From NCBI GenBank assembly GCA_965226495.1, contig OZ245365.1:3840001-3904000 (forward strand): a DNA stretch of 64,000 nucleotides, read 5' to 3'. Positions within the stretch are counted from its first letter, which is position 1. The number at the start of each line of letters is the position of its first letter. The position numbers were made by a program, and so were the translations under genes. This document shows, one piece after another, positions 48,617-58,477 of the stretch. The DNA comes from Candidatus Marinacidobacterales bacterium. GTDB lineage: Bacteria; Acidobacteriota; Vicinamibacteria; Marinacidobacterales; DATDRI01. Under the pieces are notes generated by a model. It ran no database searches. It was not told the DNA's origin and saw nothing but the letters and a program-made list of their open reading frames with translations.

Positions 48617-49429
48617 GTGAAGAGAGGACAGATCGCTGTTGCAAACGGGACCACCGAACACTTCTCGGTCATCGCACCACGCTACAGCGATCTCCGCACC
48701 ACCGACCCGGAAGTGATTACTTACCTCATTGAAAAGCTATCGGCCCGACGACCACTCCGCATCGTGGACGTCGGTTGCGGAAGCGGCCGGTACGATCTTG
48801 ACCTGCTTGCCCGGTTAGGCCAGACATCGAGCTTGATTTGTCTGGACTACAATTTCGAAATGCTCGGTACCCTTCACCAGGAGCTCCAACGGCAGTGCGT
48901 GACCGGCTACTCCGTGCTACGAGCTTCTGCGTGCGCTCTCCCTTTCCGCAAGCAACATTTGGATTCCGTGCTAACGTTCAACGCCCTCCATCACTTCAAC
49001 GTCCCGGCTTTCTTACGTGAATGCGCGCGCGTCGTGCGTCCCGACGGCTCGGTTCTCATCTATACGCGAACCCGCTCTCAAAATCGCGGCAGCATCTGGG
49101 GGCAGTATTTCCCTTTGTTCGCCGAAAGGGAGACGCGGCTCTTCGAGCTCTCCGAGCTCGAAGAGCTCGTTACAAAAACGCCGGGGCTCGATCTCGAGGA
49201 GGTCCAGGAGTTCCCATTCGATCGTCTAGCCTCGCTCGATTGGCTGATCGAGCAGGCTACAAATCACCATTACTCAACGTTCGCGCTCTACGAGCCCGAC
49301 GAGCTCGTGAGGGCGATGGGGCAATTCAGGGAGAACGTCCGCCGCAACTACCGGGATCCGGCGCACGTGACTTGGCAAGACGCCAACACGCTACTCGTCG
49401 TTCGCCGAGCTCGCGACAGTTCCGCGTGA
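48617..49429 (+). CDS. Class I SAM-dependent methyltransferase
   Basis: VDVGCGSG motif I, ALPF, ALHHF, RVVRPDG; GGAGG RBS before GTG 48617. Confidence 0.85.
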   Translation: MKRGQIAVANGTTEHFSVIAPRYSDLRTTDPEVITYLIEKLSARRPLRIVDVGCGSGRYDLDLLARLGQTSSLICLDYNFEMLGTLHQELQRQCVTGYSVLRASACALPFRKQHLDSVLTFNALHHFNVPAFLRECARVVRPDGSVLIYTRTRSQNRGSIWGQYFPLFAERETRLFELSELEELVTKTPGLDLEEVQEFPFDRLASLDWLIEQATNHHYSTFALYEPDELVRAMGQFRENVRRNYRDPAHVTWQDANTLLVVRRARDSSA

Positions 49430-49435
49430 AGAGGG

Positions 49436-50914
49436 TCAGAATTTTCGCGACCACTCCTTGGGCCAACGCTCCACGACGACCTTCGTCTGCGTAAAGAACT
49501 CGATCGCGTGGCGGCCTTGTGCGTGGAGGTCTCCGAAGAAGCTGTCTTTCCAGCCACTGAACGGAAAGAAAGCCATCGGCGCCGCAACGCCGACGTTGAT
49601 GCCGATGTTCCCTACCTGAGCGTCGTAGCGGAACTTGCGCGCCGCGGCTCCGCTGCTGGTGAAGAGGCAAGCCATGTTTCCATACGAACCGCCGTTGATG
49701 AAAGCGATCGCCTCTTCCACCGTTTCCACATGCATCAATCCCAGAACCGGCCCGAAGATCTCGGTGCGAGCGATCTCACTTTGGGGATTCACATTCTGCA
49801 GGACGGTCGGACCGACGAAGTTCCCTTTTTCGTATCCTGGAACGGAGGCTCCTCTGCCGTCCACAAGCAGGTCGGCTCCCTCGGCGGAACCCATTTCGAT
49901 CAACCCTTCGATCCGGGATTTGCTGTGGGTCGTAATCACCGGCCCCATCTGGACGCCGTCTTCCAGGCCGTAGCCAACGACGCGGGAAGAAGCCGCCTCG
50001 GCCAGCGCTTCCGTGAACGGATCGCGCGCCTCTCCAACGGTAATAGCGAGTGATGCGGCCAAGCACCGCTGCCCTGCGCAACCGAAGGCACTGTCCGCCG
50101 TGATGCGCGTCGTCATCTCCATGTCGGCATCGGGAAGAATAATGATGGGGTTCTTGGCTCCACCCTGACATTGGGCACGCTTCCCATTCGCCGTAGCTCG
50201 ACTATAGACGTAGCGAGCAACCGGTGTGGAGCCCACGAAACTGACGGCTCGAATATCCGGGTGGTCGAGGATGGCATCCACCGTCTCCTTGGAGCCGTTC
50301 ACCAGGTTGACAACGCCTTTGGGGAGCTTGATTTCGTCCAAAAGCTCGAAAACCTTCGCCATGGTGAGGGGCACTTTCTCCGAAGGCTTCAGTACGACGG
50401 TGTTCCCGCAAGCAATGGCATAGGGCAGGAACCAGAATGAGATCATCGCCGGAAAGTTGAAAGGCGCGATCACCGCCACCACGCCAACCGGTTGACGGAT
50501 CATCGACTCGTCGATGCCCGGGGCGATGTCTTCCAGATTCTGCCCTTGCATCATGGTCGGGATACCGCACGCGACCTCGACGTTCTCGATCGCCCGCCGC
50601 ACCTCACCCCGGGACTCCTCGAGTGTCTTACCGGACTCCATGGTGATGATCCGAGAAATCTCGTCTAACCTATCCTCCAGGAGAGCCTTCAGCTTGAAGA
50701 GATACTGAATACGTTCGCCAGCAGGTGTACGTCTCCAAGACTCGAACGCAACCGAAGCCGCACGGGTCGCTTCTTGAACGTCCAGGGCCGGGCTGAGCGG
50801 AACCTCCGCCAACACCTCCGTGGTGGCGGGGTCCAATACCTCGAGAGCCTCCGTGGCCTGTGAGTTTTTCCAACTGCCGTCAATATAATTGTTGAGAAAT
50901 TGGCTCACTCCCAT
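49436..50914 (-). CDS. mmsA: CoA-acylating methylmalonate-semialdehyde dehydrogenase
   Basis: [53 protein letters not shown]. Confidence 0.92.
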   Translation of the reverse strand: MGVSQFLNNYIDGSWKNSQATEALEVLDPATTEVLAEVPLSPALDVQEATRAASVAFESWRRTPAGERIQYLFKLKALLEDRLDEISRIITMESGKTLEESRGEVRRAIENVEVACGIPTMMQGQNLEDIAPGIDESMIRQPVGVVAVIAPFNFPAMISFWFLPYAIACGNTVVLKPSEKVPLTMAKVFELLDEIKLPKGVVNLVNGSKETVDAILDHPDIRAVSFVGSTPVARYVYSRATANGKRAQCQGGAKNPIIILPDADMEMTTRITADSAFGCAGQRCLAASLAITVGEARDPFTEALAEAASSRVVGYGLEDGVQMGPVITTHSKSRIEGLIEMGSAEGADLLVDGRGASVPGYEKGNFVGPTVLQNVNPQSEIARTEIFGPVLGLMHVETVEEAIAFINGGSYGNMACLFTSSGAAARKFRYDAQVGNIGINVGVAAPMAFFPFSGWKDSFFGDLHAQGRHAIEFFTQTKVVVERWPKEWSRKF

Positions 50915-51007
50915 TTCTCTGGTCCTCCAGAAACAGAACTTGTTTGTTTCGTCCAGTATAGCGTTGTTTTCCCTATGTTAGAATCGCAGCCATGCAGAGG
51001 GTGTCGC

Positions 51008-52018
51008 GTGGCTGATTTTCTTCCCCCGGGCAAGCTCAAGCCTCAACTGTTGCGGGATTTCCTGACACGACATGGTGTCTCCGATCCTCGGGTCTTGGTC
51101 GGACCCCAGATCGGAGAAGACGCGGCCGCGGTCGACCTAGGCGACCGTTACCTATTGCTCGCGTCCGACCCCATCACGTTCACGCCAGAGCGCATCGGTT
51201 GGTACGCGGTTCAGGTCAACGCCAACGACATCGCGGCGATGGGTGGCACACCCCTCTATTTTCTATCGACCGTCCTCTTGCCGGAACAGGCGACCACCGC
51301 CGACATGGCGGAGCGCATATTTGCCGATGTGGCGGAGGCCTGCCGTGAGATCGGTTGTACGCCGGTGGGGGGTCACACCGAGATCACGCCCGGCATCGAT
51401 CGACCCATCATGGCCGGCACGATGGTCGGCGAGGTCGAGCGGGACCGCCTCGTCACATCCTCCGGTGCGCAGCGGGGCGACATGTTGATCTTGACGAAAG
51501 GGATTGCCATCGAAGCGACCGCGATCCTGGCCCGAGAAAAGGCGGATGAAGTGATCGGCTCCCTGGGAGCGGATTTCCACAAGAAGGCGGTCGGGTTTCT
51601 CGACGATCCTGGTTTGTCAGTCCTCACTGCAGCGCGTGCCGCTTGCTCGGTCCCCGGTGTCCACGCGATGCACGACCCCACGGAAGGGGGAATCGCTAAT
51701 GCCCTCTGGGAACTGGCCGAAGCATCAGAAGTCGGACTGATCGTGAGCGAAACCGAGATCCCTCGCTACTGGGAGTCTACCGAGCTCGCAGGGCTCTTCA
51801 AGATCGATCTGCTCGGTGCGATCGCCTCGGGTGCCCTATTGCTCGCCACCGAGGAAAAGAAGACCCCCGCCATCTTGCAGAGCCTTAAAGACGCCGGAGT
51901 CGAGGCCAATGTCATCGGCCGAGTGGCCGAGCAGGACAAGGGTATCAAGCTCTTGCGGGGCGACCGCCCGATCGATCTTCCCCGCTTCGACGCCGACGAG
52001 CTCACCCGGATCCTTTAA
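51008..52018 (+). CDS. AIR synthase-related (PurM/HypE/ThiL-like) protein
   Basis: GKL, GEDAA, SDPIT, VNANDIA, VGGHTE, MHDPTEGG. Confidence 0.85.
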   Translation: MADFLPPGKLKPQLLRDFLTRHGVSDPRVLVGPQIGEDAAAVDLGDRYLLLASDPITFTPERIGWYAVQVNANDIAAMGGTPLYFLSTVLLPEQATTADMAERIFADVAEACREIGCTPVGGHTEITPGIDRPIMAGTMVGEVERDRLVTSSGAQRGDMLILTKGIAIEATAILAREKADEVIGSLGADFHKKAVGFLDDPGLSVLTAARAACSVPGVHAMHDPTEGGIANALWELAEASEVGLIVSETEIPRYWESTELAGLFKIDLLGAIASGALLLATEEKKTPAILQSLKDAGVEANVIGRVAEQDKGIKLLRGDRPIDLPRFDADELTRIL

Positions 52019-52068
52019 ATATCTTGGTCTATAATGGGGGTATCCCCCTGGGTCTCTGGAGAGCCTTT

Positions 52069-53089
52069 ATGAACCAGAACATCACGCGACTCCTCTCGAT
52101 CCTGCTCGTCCTCCTCGTTCCTCTAGCCGTTGCCGAAGCCAAAGAAGAGAAGGTCGAGGGCTATGCCGAGTGGCAAAAAGGCAATCTCATCATCGTGGAC
52201 GGACAACGAGTCCGGCCGGCTCAAGGGGTGAAAGTACAAGAATGTCGGAGGCCTCTACGACATCGCTCTGGGTTGGGAGGTCAAGGCCAAGGGGACCCGG
52301 GCCGCGGACGGCACGCTCGTGGCACGCGAGATCGAAGCCAAGCCCAATGGCAACGCCATGTTCGAGTCGGAGGTCTTGCAGGCCACCAACGAGGTCGAGC
52401 AAGTCTGGGTCAAAGAAGGCAAGATGTTCGAGCCTGGTCCCGGTGGAAAAAACAAGACCATTGGGGAAATCTCGGAGTCCGGACCACGTGTCGATCGAGT
52501 TCGCGAGATCACGACGCGTCTCACACCGCCCTACATTTCCTCGGACTCGGTTCGGGTGCGGGTCGTCGAGACCGACGAGTGGAACGCCGCCGCCATGGGC
52601 AACGGAGCGATCTGGGTTTACAGCGGCTTGATCGATGCCATGAGCGACGACGAGCTTGCCATCGTGCTAGGGCACGAGATGGCTCACTACACTCACGAGC
52701 ATTCCAGACGCAATGCCAAGCGAGGAATGTGGACTCAAATGTTGGCAGTCGGGGCGATGGCGAGCAGCCAGGCCATCGATAGCGGCGCCACGCGTTCCGC
52801 GGTGGAGCTAGGCTCCGTGCTCGGCCTCTCTGCTTTCGGATCTGGCTACAGCCGCGACCTCGAGGATCAGGCCGACCGTGTGGGACTACGCTACGTTTAC
52901 GAAGCGGGATACGACGTCCATCAAGGCCCGAGTCTGTGGGCGAAGTTCCGCGAAAAGTACGGCGAGAGTGACTCCGTCAAGACGTTCTTCTTTGGGAGCC
53001 ATTCCCGACCGACCGATCGCATCCGCAACATCAACGAAGAGCTCGCGATCAACTACAACGCTCAAAACGCTAGTCCCCTGCATCAGTAG
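52069..53089 (+). CDS. Exported M48 metalloprotease with N-terminal beta domain, split by a 1-nt insertion near 52232
   Basis: Signal peptide from 52069; removing one A from AAA (52231-52233) joins it to the frame containing WNAAA, GHEMAH, YSRDLEDQAD, SHSRP. Confidence 0.82.
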
Positions 53090-53291
53090 ATCGTTGCCTA
53101 GAGCTCGAGGTCATTTTGTGTGCTGGCGAGGCGTGGCGACGAAGTCATATCTGGATCTTTCGACCGCCTTCCGCAGCGAGCCTGCCGAGCGGAGGGCTAG
53201 GCCGAAGGCCGAACTGCAACGAATGTCGCAACGAAGCCAGCGCGCAAAAGGGCGCGAGATTTAGGTGACGAATTACTGATACAGGGGACTA
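53071..53291. mobile_element. MITE-like element, ~220 bp, long imperfect TIRs, TA-flanked
   Basis: Left TAGTCCCCTGCATCAGTAGATCGTTGCCTAGA versus reverse complement of the right end TAGTCCCCTGTATCAGTAATTCGTCACCTAAA (26/32). Imperfect pairing continues to about 55 bp; no transposase ORF. Confidence 0.8.
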
Positions 53292-54833
53292 AGGAACGTT
53301 AGTCGCACCCGGCTGGCGATTCGCCCTCGCTCCCTCGATGAAAGCCGTCACATCAGCTTTCAGCTTCTCGAGAGATTCCTTCTGGATGTACATCATGTGG
53401 CCCGCTTCGTATTCTCCCGTCGAGATGTTGCCCCTCAATGAGGGGTGCAGTTCGAGATGGCTCAGTGTGTACTCGGTCGCGGAATAGGGGGGCGCCATGT
53501 CGTAGTAGCCGGAGGCCACGAAGACTTTCATGTAAGGATTCTTCGCCGCCATCGCGCTCCGTAGCGCTTCGCTGGTGTCCGGAAAGCCGCCACTCGCCGA
53601 TCCCCATTCCCATTTCTCGAAACCGCCTCCTAGGATGTAATAGCGCCGGTCGTTCTCGTACCCGAGCTCCTGGCGCACGTAGTCATTGAACGCCGCAGTA
53701 TAGGGCGGACGAATGGCGGCCATGCTGGGGTCGAAGTCGGGACGCTCCGCGGCTGCACTGGTATCGACTCCCTTGAAACGACTGTCGAGTCTTCCTACGG
53801 TGCGGTTTTCGCTTCGCAGTAGCTCCTTTCGAAAGCGACTCGCCTCGATTCGAAGATTGGTTCTCTCGATGTAGTCCTCGCTGAGGCCGGTGAACCGAGA
53901 GAGAATGCCCGCAATACGATTGCGTTCGTCCGGCGACAGACGATCACCCTGAGCGAGAGCCACCCAATACTCGTCCCCGGCCCACGTTTCCACTTCGTCG
54001 AGCGTGCTTCGAAGGTCCGCCTGGAGGTCCGGGCCGAGCTTCTTGTGATACCAGGCGGTGGCGGTGAAGGTCGGCAAAAACAACAAGTAGGGAAGATCGT
54101 TTCCTTTCGTGAAGCGTGCAGTCTGAAAGTTGAGAATGGAGGAAACAAGAATGACCCCGTTAAAAGCGATGCCACGATCGACGAGGTGACCGGTCAGCCC
54201 GGCGGCGCGTGTTGTGCCGTAGCTTTCCCCAACCAGAAAAAGCGGCGACGTCCAACGTTCGTAGCGAGTCAGATAGAGCCGTATGAACTCCCCTACCGAC
54301 CGAATGTCTCCGTCCACTCCCCAGAACGGCTCCCCCTCTTTGACCGCACGACTGTAGCCGGTCCCGACCGGATCGATGAACACCATGTCCGTCAGATCCA
54401 GCCAAGAGTGCTCGTTGTCGACCAAGCGGTAAGGAGGGCCCGGCATGCCGCCGTCATCCAGCATCTCGACGCGACGGGGTCCGAGAGCACCCAAGTGCAG
54501 CCACACCGAAGACGATCCCGGTCCACCGTTGAAGGAGAATGTCAGTGGCCGCTCCGAGCGGTCGCCCGCCCGATCGGCGACGTACGCCATGAAGAAGACG
54601 TGGGCCTCGGTCTCGTTCTCGTCGTTTATCACAGGGAGCATTCCGGTGGTCACCGAGTATTTGAGCACCCTCCCTGAGATGGTAGCCTCATGGCTCGTTA
54701 CGACCGGCTCGGCTACATCCGGTGGGGGGGACTCGGCGGTCGACTCGGGCTCTTTCGGAGCCTGCTCTTGAGACGCCGAAGCGGTCCCCGCGATGAGGGC
54801 AAAGAACGTGATCCACAGACCTAACATCCGCAT
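53289..54833 (-). CDS. Exported S10 serine carboxypeptidase
   Basis: FNGGPGSSS, FIDPVGTGYS, GESYG, GYYD, AGHMMY. Confidence 0.92.
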   Translation of the reverse strand: MRMLGLWITFFALIAGTASASQEQAPKEPESTAESPPPDVAEPVVTSHEATISGRVLKYSVTTGMLPVINDENETEAHVFFMAYVADRAGDRSERPLTFSFNGGPGSSSVWLHLGALGPRRVEMLDDGGMPGPPYRLVDNEHSWLDLTDMVFIDPVGTGYSRAVKEGEPFWGVDGDIRSVGEFIRLYLTRYERWTSPLFLVGESYGTTRAAGLTGHLVDRGIAFNGVILVSSILNFQTARFTKGNDLPYLLFLPTFTATAWYHKKLGPDLQADLRSTLDEVETWAGDEYWVALAQGDRLSPDERNRIAGILSRFTGLSEDYIERTNLRIEASRFRKELLRSENRTVGRLDSRFKGVDTSAAAERPDFDPSMAAIRPPYTAAFNDYVRQELGYENDRRYYILGGGFEKWEWGSASGGFPDTSEALRSAMAAKNPYMKVFVASGYYDMAPPYSATEYTLSHLELHPSLRGNISTGEYEAGHMMYIQKESLEKLKADVTAFIEGARANRQPGATNVP

Positions 54834-55022
54834 AAGGTGCTCCTCTCACTTCACTTACAGATTTGTTTGCCACGCAGCCTTTCACACAGGAGAATCGTCT
54901 TAATAGACATGAGCCGTCCGGCGTTGGCGCTGCTCGCGGCACTCACCGCCTATCCTTTATATGCTGGTGAGAGCCCCCAGCGAAAGAGCTAACCTCGTCA
55001 AGTTCAGCTACCGATTCCTTCG

Positions 55023-55056
55023 CTGACCGCCTGACCGCCTGCCCGCCTGCCCGCCT
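55023..55056. repeat. 8-bp tandem repeat x4 (CTGMCCGC)
   Basis: CTGACCGC CTGACCGC CTGCCCGC CTGCCCGC CT, upstream of the aldehyde dehydrogenase. Confidence 0.85.
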
Positions 55057-55099
55057 AGGTTGTCCCGGGCTCGTCTTCGAGTGAAGATAGAGCGCCGGC

Positions 55100-56497
55100 A
55101 TGGAAATCAAGAGAGTCTTCGAGCTCCAGCGATCCAATCGACGACGGCTCAAGACGTCGACGGCCGGCGAGCGGATCGAAAAGCTCGACCGAATCCGTCG
55201 CGCACTCGAGAGTCGATCCGAAGAGCTGTTGCAAGCGGTCCACGAGGACCTGCGCAAGCCCGCGCCGGAAATCCAACTCAGCGAAATATATCCCGTCATC
55301 ACCGAAATCAAGCACGCGCGAAGCCACCTTGTCGATTGGATAAAGCCGGCCTCGGTTCCCTCTCCTCTCGTGCTCCTCGGTGCGCGGAGCGAGATCCGTT
55401 ACGAGCCGAAAGGAGTCGTCCTCATCATTGCTCCCTGGAACTTCCCGTTTCAGCTGGCCATGTCGCCTCTGGTGTCCGCGATCGCGGCTGGAAACGCAGC
55501 CATCGTCAAACCGTCCGAGCTTGCCCCGCGAACCGCCGCATTCACCCGTAGTCTCCTGGAGGAATTGTTCGACAAGAGCGAGGTTGCCGTGATCGAGGGG
55601 GATGCCAGCGTCGCCAGGTCACTCACCGACCAGCCGTTCGACCACATCTTCTTCACCGGCAGCCCGAGCGTCGGTCGCAAGGTCATGGCCGCCGCGGCGA
55701 CCCATCTGACCTCGGTCACTTTGGAGCTCGGTGGGAAATCCCCGGTGGTCGTCGACTCTTCGGCCGACCTTGCCGAGGCAGCCACCAAGATCGTTTGGGG
55801 AAAATGTATCAACGCAGGCCAAAGCTGCGTCGCCCCAGACTATGTGCTCGTTCCCAAGAATCAGGAGGCCCGCTTCCTCGAGTTGACCAGGAAGGCGCTC
55901 GAAGAGAGATATGGACCCGCCGAGCGCCTGGCGGACAACCCCGACTATGGCCGGATCATTAATAAGGATCACTTTCGACGCGTCAAGGACCTGGTGGATT
56001 CCGCGGTGCGAGGCGGCGCCCGCATCGAGGTGGGAGGGGCTTTCCAGGAAGAGGACCTTTTCATCTCGCCGACGTTCTTGAGCAATGTGCGGCCCGACTC
56101 GGACGTCATGCAGGAGGAAATCTTTGGCCCCATCCTCCCCATCGTTCCCTATGAGACTCGAGACGAAGCCATCCAGCTCATCGCCGCCCGGCCCAAGCCT
56201 CTCGCCCTGTACGTGTTCGCAAGGGACGATGCCGCGGTCGAGGCGATCCTCGGCGAGGTCGACTCCGGCGATTCCGTCGTCAACGACGTCCTGGTTCATT
56301 ATGCGAGTCCTTACCTGCCGTTCGGCGGCGTCCAGCACAGCGGCATGGGGAAAGCACACGGGTTTTCCGGTTTCAAGGCTTTCTCCCACGAACGAGCCGT
56401 AATGCACCAAAGGAAAAGGACGCTCCCCCGCCTCTTGTATCCTCCTTATACGCCGTTAGTAAGAAGGCTTATCAGATTTACCCTTCGCTTCTTCTAG
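55100..56497 (+). CDS. Aldehyde dehydrogenase (ALDH3/coniferyl-aldehyde type)
   Basis: PWNFP, KPSE, FFTGS, LELGGKSP, NAGQSCVAPDY, EEIFGP, PFGG. Confidence 0.92.
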   Translation: MEIKRVFELQRSNRRRLKTSTAGERIEKLDRIRRALESRSEELLQAVHEDLRKPAPEIQLSEIYPVITEIKHARSHLVDWIKPASVPSPLVLLGARSEIRYEPKGVVLIIAPWNFPFQLAMSPLVSAIAAGNAAIVKPSELAPRTAAFTRSLLEELFDKSEVAVIEGDASVARSLTDQPFDHIFFTGSPSVGRKVMAAAATHLTSVTLELGGKSPVVVDSSADLAEAATKIVWGKCINAGQSCVAPDYVLVPKNQEARFLELTRKALEERYGPAERLADNPDYGRIINKDHFRRVKDLVDSAVRGGARIEVGGAFQEEDLFISPTFLSNVRPDSDVMQEEIFGPILPIVPYETRDEAIQLIAARPKPLALYVFARDDAAVEAILGEVDSGDSVVNDVLVHYASPYLPFGGVQHSGMGKAHGFSGFKAFSHERAVMHQRKRTLPRLLYPPYTPLVRRLIRFTLRFF

Positions 56498-56533
56498 TTT
56501 TGTGGCAAAATAGGAGGATCGCGGATTTTTCAA

Positions 56534-57190
56534 ATGGGTATCGTACGTTTCAAAGTAACCGGCCAAGAAATCGCCGTCGGCAAGATCGTTTGTATGGGAC
56601 AAAACTACGCTAAACACATCGAAGAGTTGAAGACACGCGTCCCGGACAAGCCGATGCTCTTCTTCAAACCTTCGACCGCCTTGCTGAATTCCGGGGATCC
56701 GATCCGACTACCAGATTTTTCCAAGAATATTCACTTCGAGACCGAGCTGGTCGCGTTGATCGATAAGCAGGCGCGCCACATCTCCTCGGCGGAAGCTCTT
56801 CAGTGCGTAGGTGGCTACGCGGTAGGCCTCGACCTGACGGCGCGGGACGTGCAAGTCGAAGCTCGCAAGCACGGGGAAGCCTGGGCGGTGGCGAAGGGTT
56901 TCGACGGATCCGCTCCCATGTCAGAAATCACTCCGGCCGAGGAGGTCGGAGACCCCGGAGATCTGGAAATCGAGCTTCGATTGAACGGAGAGGTCCGTCA
57001 ATCGGCACGGACTGCGGACATGATCTTCAAAACCGAGGACATTATCTCTTACGCCTCCAGCGTTTTTACGCTCGAGCCCGGCGATCTCGTCTTCACCGGA
57101 ACCCCCTCCGGAGTCGGCGTCATCCGTTCCGGAGATGAACTGGAAGCTCGGATCGAGCGAGTAGGAGCCGTCCGCTGGGAAGTCAAATAG
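56534..57190 (+). CDS. Fumarylacetoacetate hydrolase family protein
   Basis: KIVCMGQNY..H, FFKP, HFETEL, DLTARD, AKGFD, FTGTPSGVG. Confidence 0.92.
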   Translation: MGIVRFKVTGQEIAVGKIVCMGQNYAKHIEELKTRVPDKPMLFFKPSTALLNSGDPIRLPDFSKNIHFETELVALIDKQARHISSAEALQCVGGYAVGLDLTARDVQVEARKHGEAWAVAKGFDGSAPMSEITPAEEVGDPGDLEIELRLNGEVRQSARTADMIFKTEDIISYASSVFTLEPGDLVFTGTPSGVGVIRSGDELEARIERVGAVRWEVK

Positions 57191-58467
57191 TGGTCGAAAG
57201 ACGCTTAACGGCCTTGGAAGGAAAGAAGGTCGAGCGGCTGGAGCTTCTGCTTTCGGTCGCACGGGACCTCACGTCGATACTGGATCTCGATCGGCTTCTC
57301 AACCGCGTCGGCAACCTGCTTCAAGAAGTCATCCCGTACGAGCACTTCAGCATCTTCCTCTATGACAAGGAGAACGAGGAGTTAGTTTGGAGAATCGGGA
57401 TCGGCTACTCGGAAGAATCGCGCCGGTGGCTACAGCGGTTCTCGGTCAACAAGGGACTGGTAGGAAGGGCGGTGCGTACTCTTTCGCCGGTTCTCTCGGA
57501 CGACGTTTCCACCGAGCCTGACTTCCTTCCCGCCAAGACCGATCGCGGCGAGGTGCCACGCTCTGCCCTATCCATCCCTCTGATACATCAAGGTGAGGCG
57601 GTGGGGGCGATGACTCTCGAGAGCACCCGGCGCAGTGATTTCAACGAGGAGCATAAGCAAATCTTGACCGCCGTCGGAAGTATCTTGGCGATCGCCATCG
57701 TCAACGCACGACTCTACGAAGAGCTCCTTTCCCGAGAAAGAAAGCTCGAGAACGACCTTCAGTTGGCCCGCCAGGTCCAGCTCAGCATGCTACCGGATGA
57801 ACCGCCCGCGGTTCCGGGATTCGAGATCGGAACGGCCTATCTTCCCGCGGAAAGCCTAGGTGGTGATTTCTACGACTTTCCACGTCTCGCCTCGGATAAA
57901 CACGGGCTGCTCATCGCGGATGTTTCCGGCAAGGGAGTTGGAGCCGCGATGATCATGGCGGCCTCACGCGGCGCGATCCGCTCCGCGGCACAACATGACG
58001 AGCAGCCTGCGGCCGTGTTACATGCCGCCAATCGTCGACTCTACCGGGACATCACGCGGAACGTTTACGTGACGGCTTGTTACGGCGTCCTCGATCCCGC
58101 GAGCGGCGGCTTTACTTACGGCTCGGCGGGGCACTTTCCGCCGGTCCTGGTGCGCGAGAACGGAGAGGTCTCCTACCTGAACGCGGGGGGCACGGTTCTG
58201 GGCATGTTCGACGGCACCGGATTCGAACAAGAGACGATCGAGCTCCGCTCGGGAGACCTGATTTGCTTCTACACCGACGGCATCGTGGACGCCTTCGACC
58301 GCAACGAAGAAATCTACGGTGAGGACCGCCTAGAGAAATTGCTCCTTTCGACCCATAGACTCCCGGCGGCGGAGATTTCTCGTTTGCTCGTCGACGCCGT
58401 CCAGGAGTTCGCTAGCGGACGGGCGCAGCACGACGACATGACCGTCATCTTGTTGAAGTCGGTATAA
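57190..58467 (+). CDS. GAF + SpoIIE/PP2C serine phosphatase (RsbU-like)
   Basis: GGDFYD, ADVSGKG, SAGH, YTDG, HDDMT after a GAF domain. Confidence 0.92.
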   Translation: MVERRLTALEGKKVERLELLLSVARDLTSILDLDRLLNRVGNLLQEVIPYEHFSIFLYDKENEELVWRIGIGYSEESRRWLQRFSVNKGLVGRAVRTLSPVLSDDVSTEPDFLPAKTDRGEVPRSALSIPLIHQGEAVGAMTLESTRRSDFNEEHKQILTAVGSILAIAIVNARLYEELLSRERKLENDLQLARQVQLSMLPDEPPAVPGFEIGTAYLPAESLGGDFYDFPRLASDKHGLLIADVSGKGVGAAMIMAASRGAIRSAAQHDEQPAAVLHAANRRLYRDITRNVYVTACYGVLDPASGGFTYGSAGHFPPVLVRENGEVSYLNAGGTVLGMFDGTGFEQETIELRSGDLICFYTDGIVDAFDRNEEIYGEDRLEKLLLSTHRLPAAEISRLLVDAVQEFASGRAQHDDMTVILLKSV

Positions 58468-58477
58468 GATCCCGCCG

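Noticed and set aside
46777-50914. SSS transporter plus mmsA/iolA as an inositol catabolic cluster
   Set aside because: The genes are on opposite strands, separated by a methyltransferase, and no iolB/C/D/E/G genes are present.
50900-52018. AIR synthase-like gene as hypE, implying a hydrogenase locus
   Set aside because: No other hyp or hydrogenase genes nearby, and the C-terminus ends TRIL rather than the PRIC of HypE.
54987-54998. AGCTAACCTCGT, resembling the 3' end of the c-di-AMP (ydaO) riboswitch
   Set aside because: The upstream GGGGGA..CC and GGGGTGAATC elements are absent; the match overlaps a mini-ORF stop and is probably chance.
26447-55056. Short tandem repeats (9-mer at 26447, 8-mer at 55023) as CRISPR arrays
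   Set aside because: Units are too short, there are no spacers, and no cas genes are present in the window.
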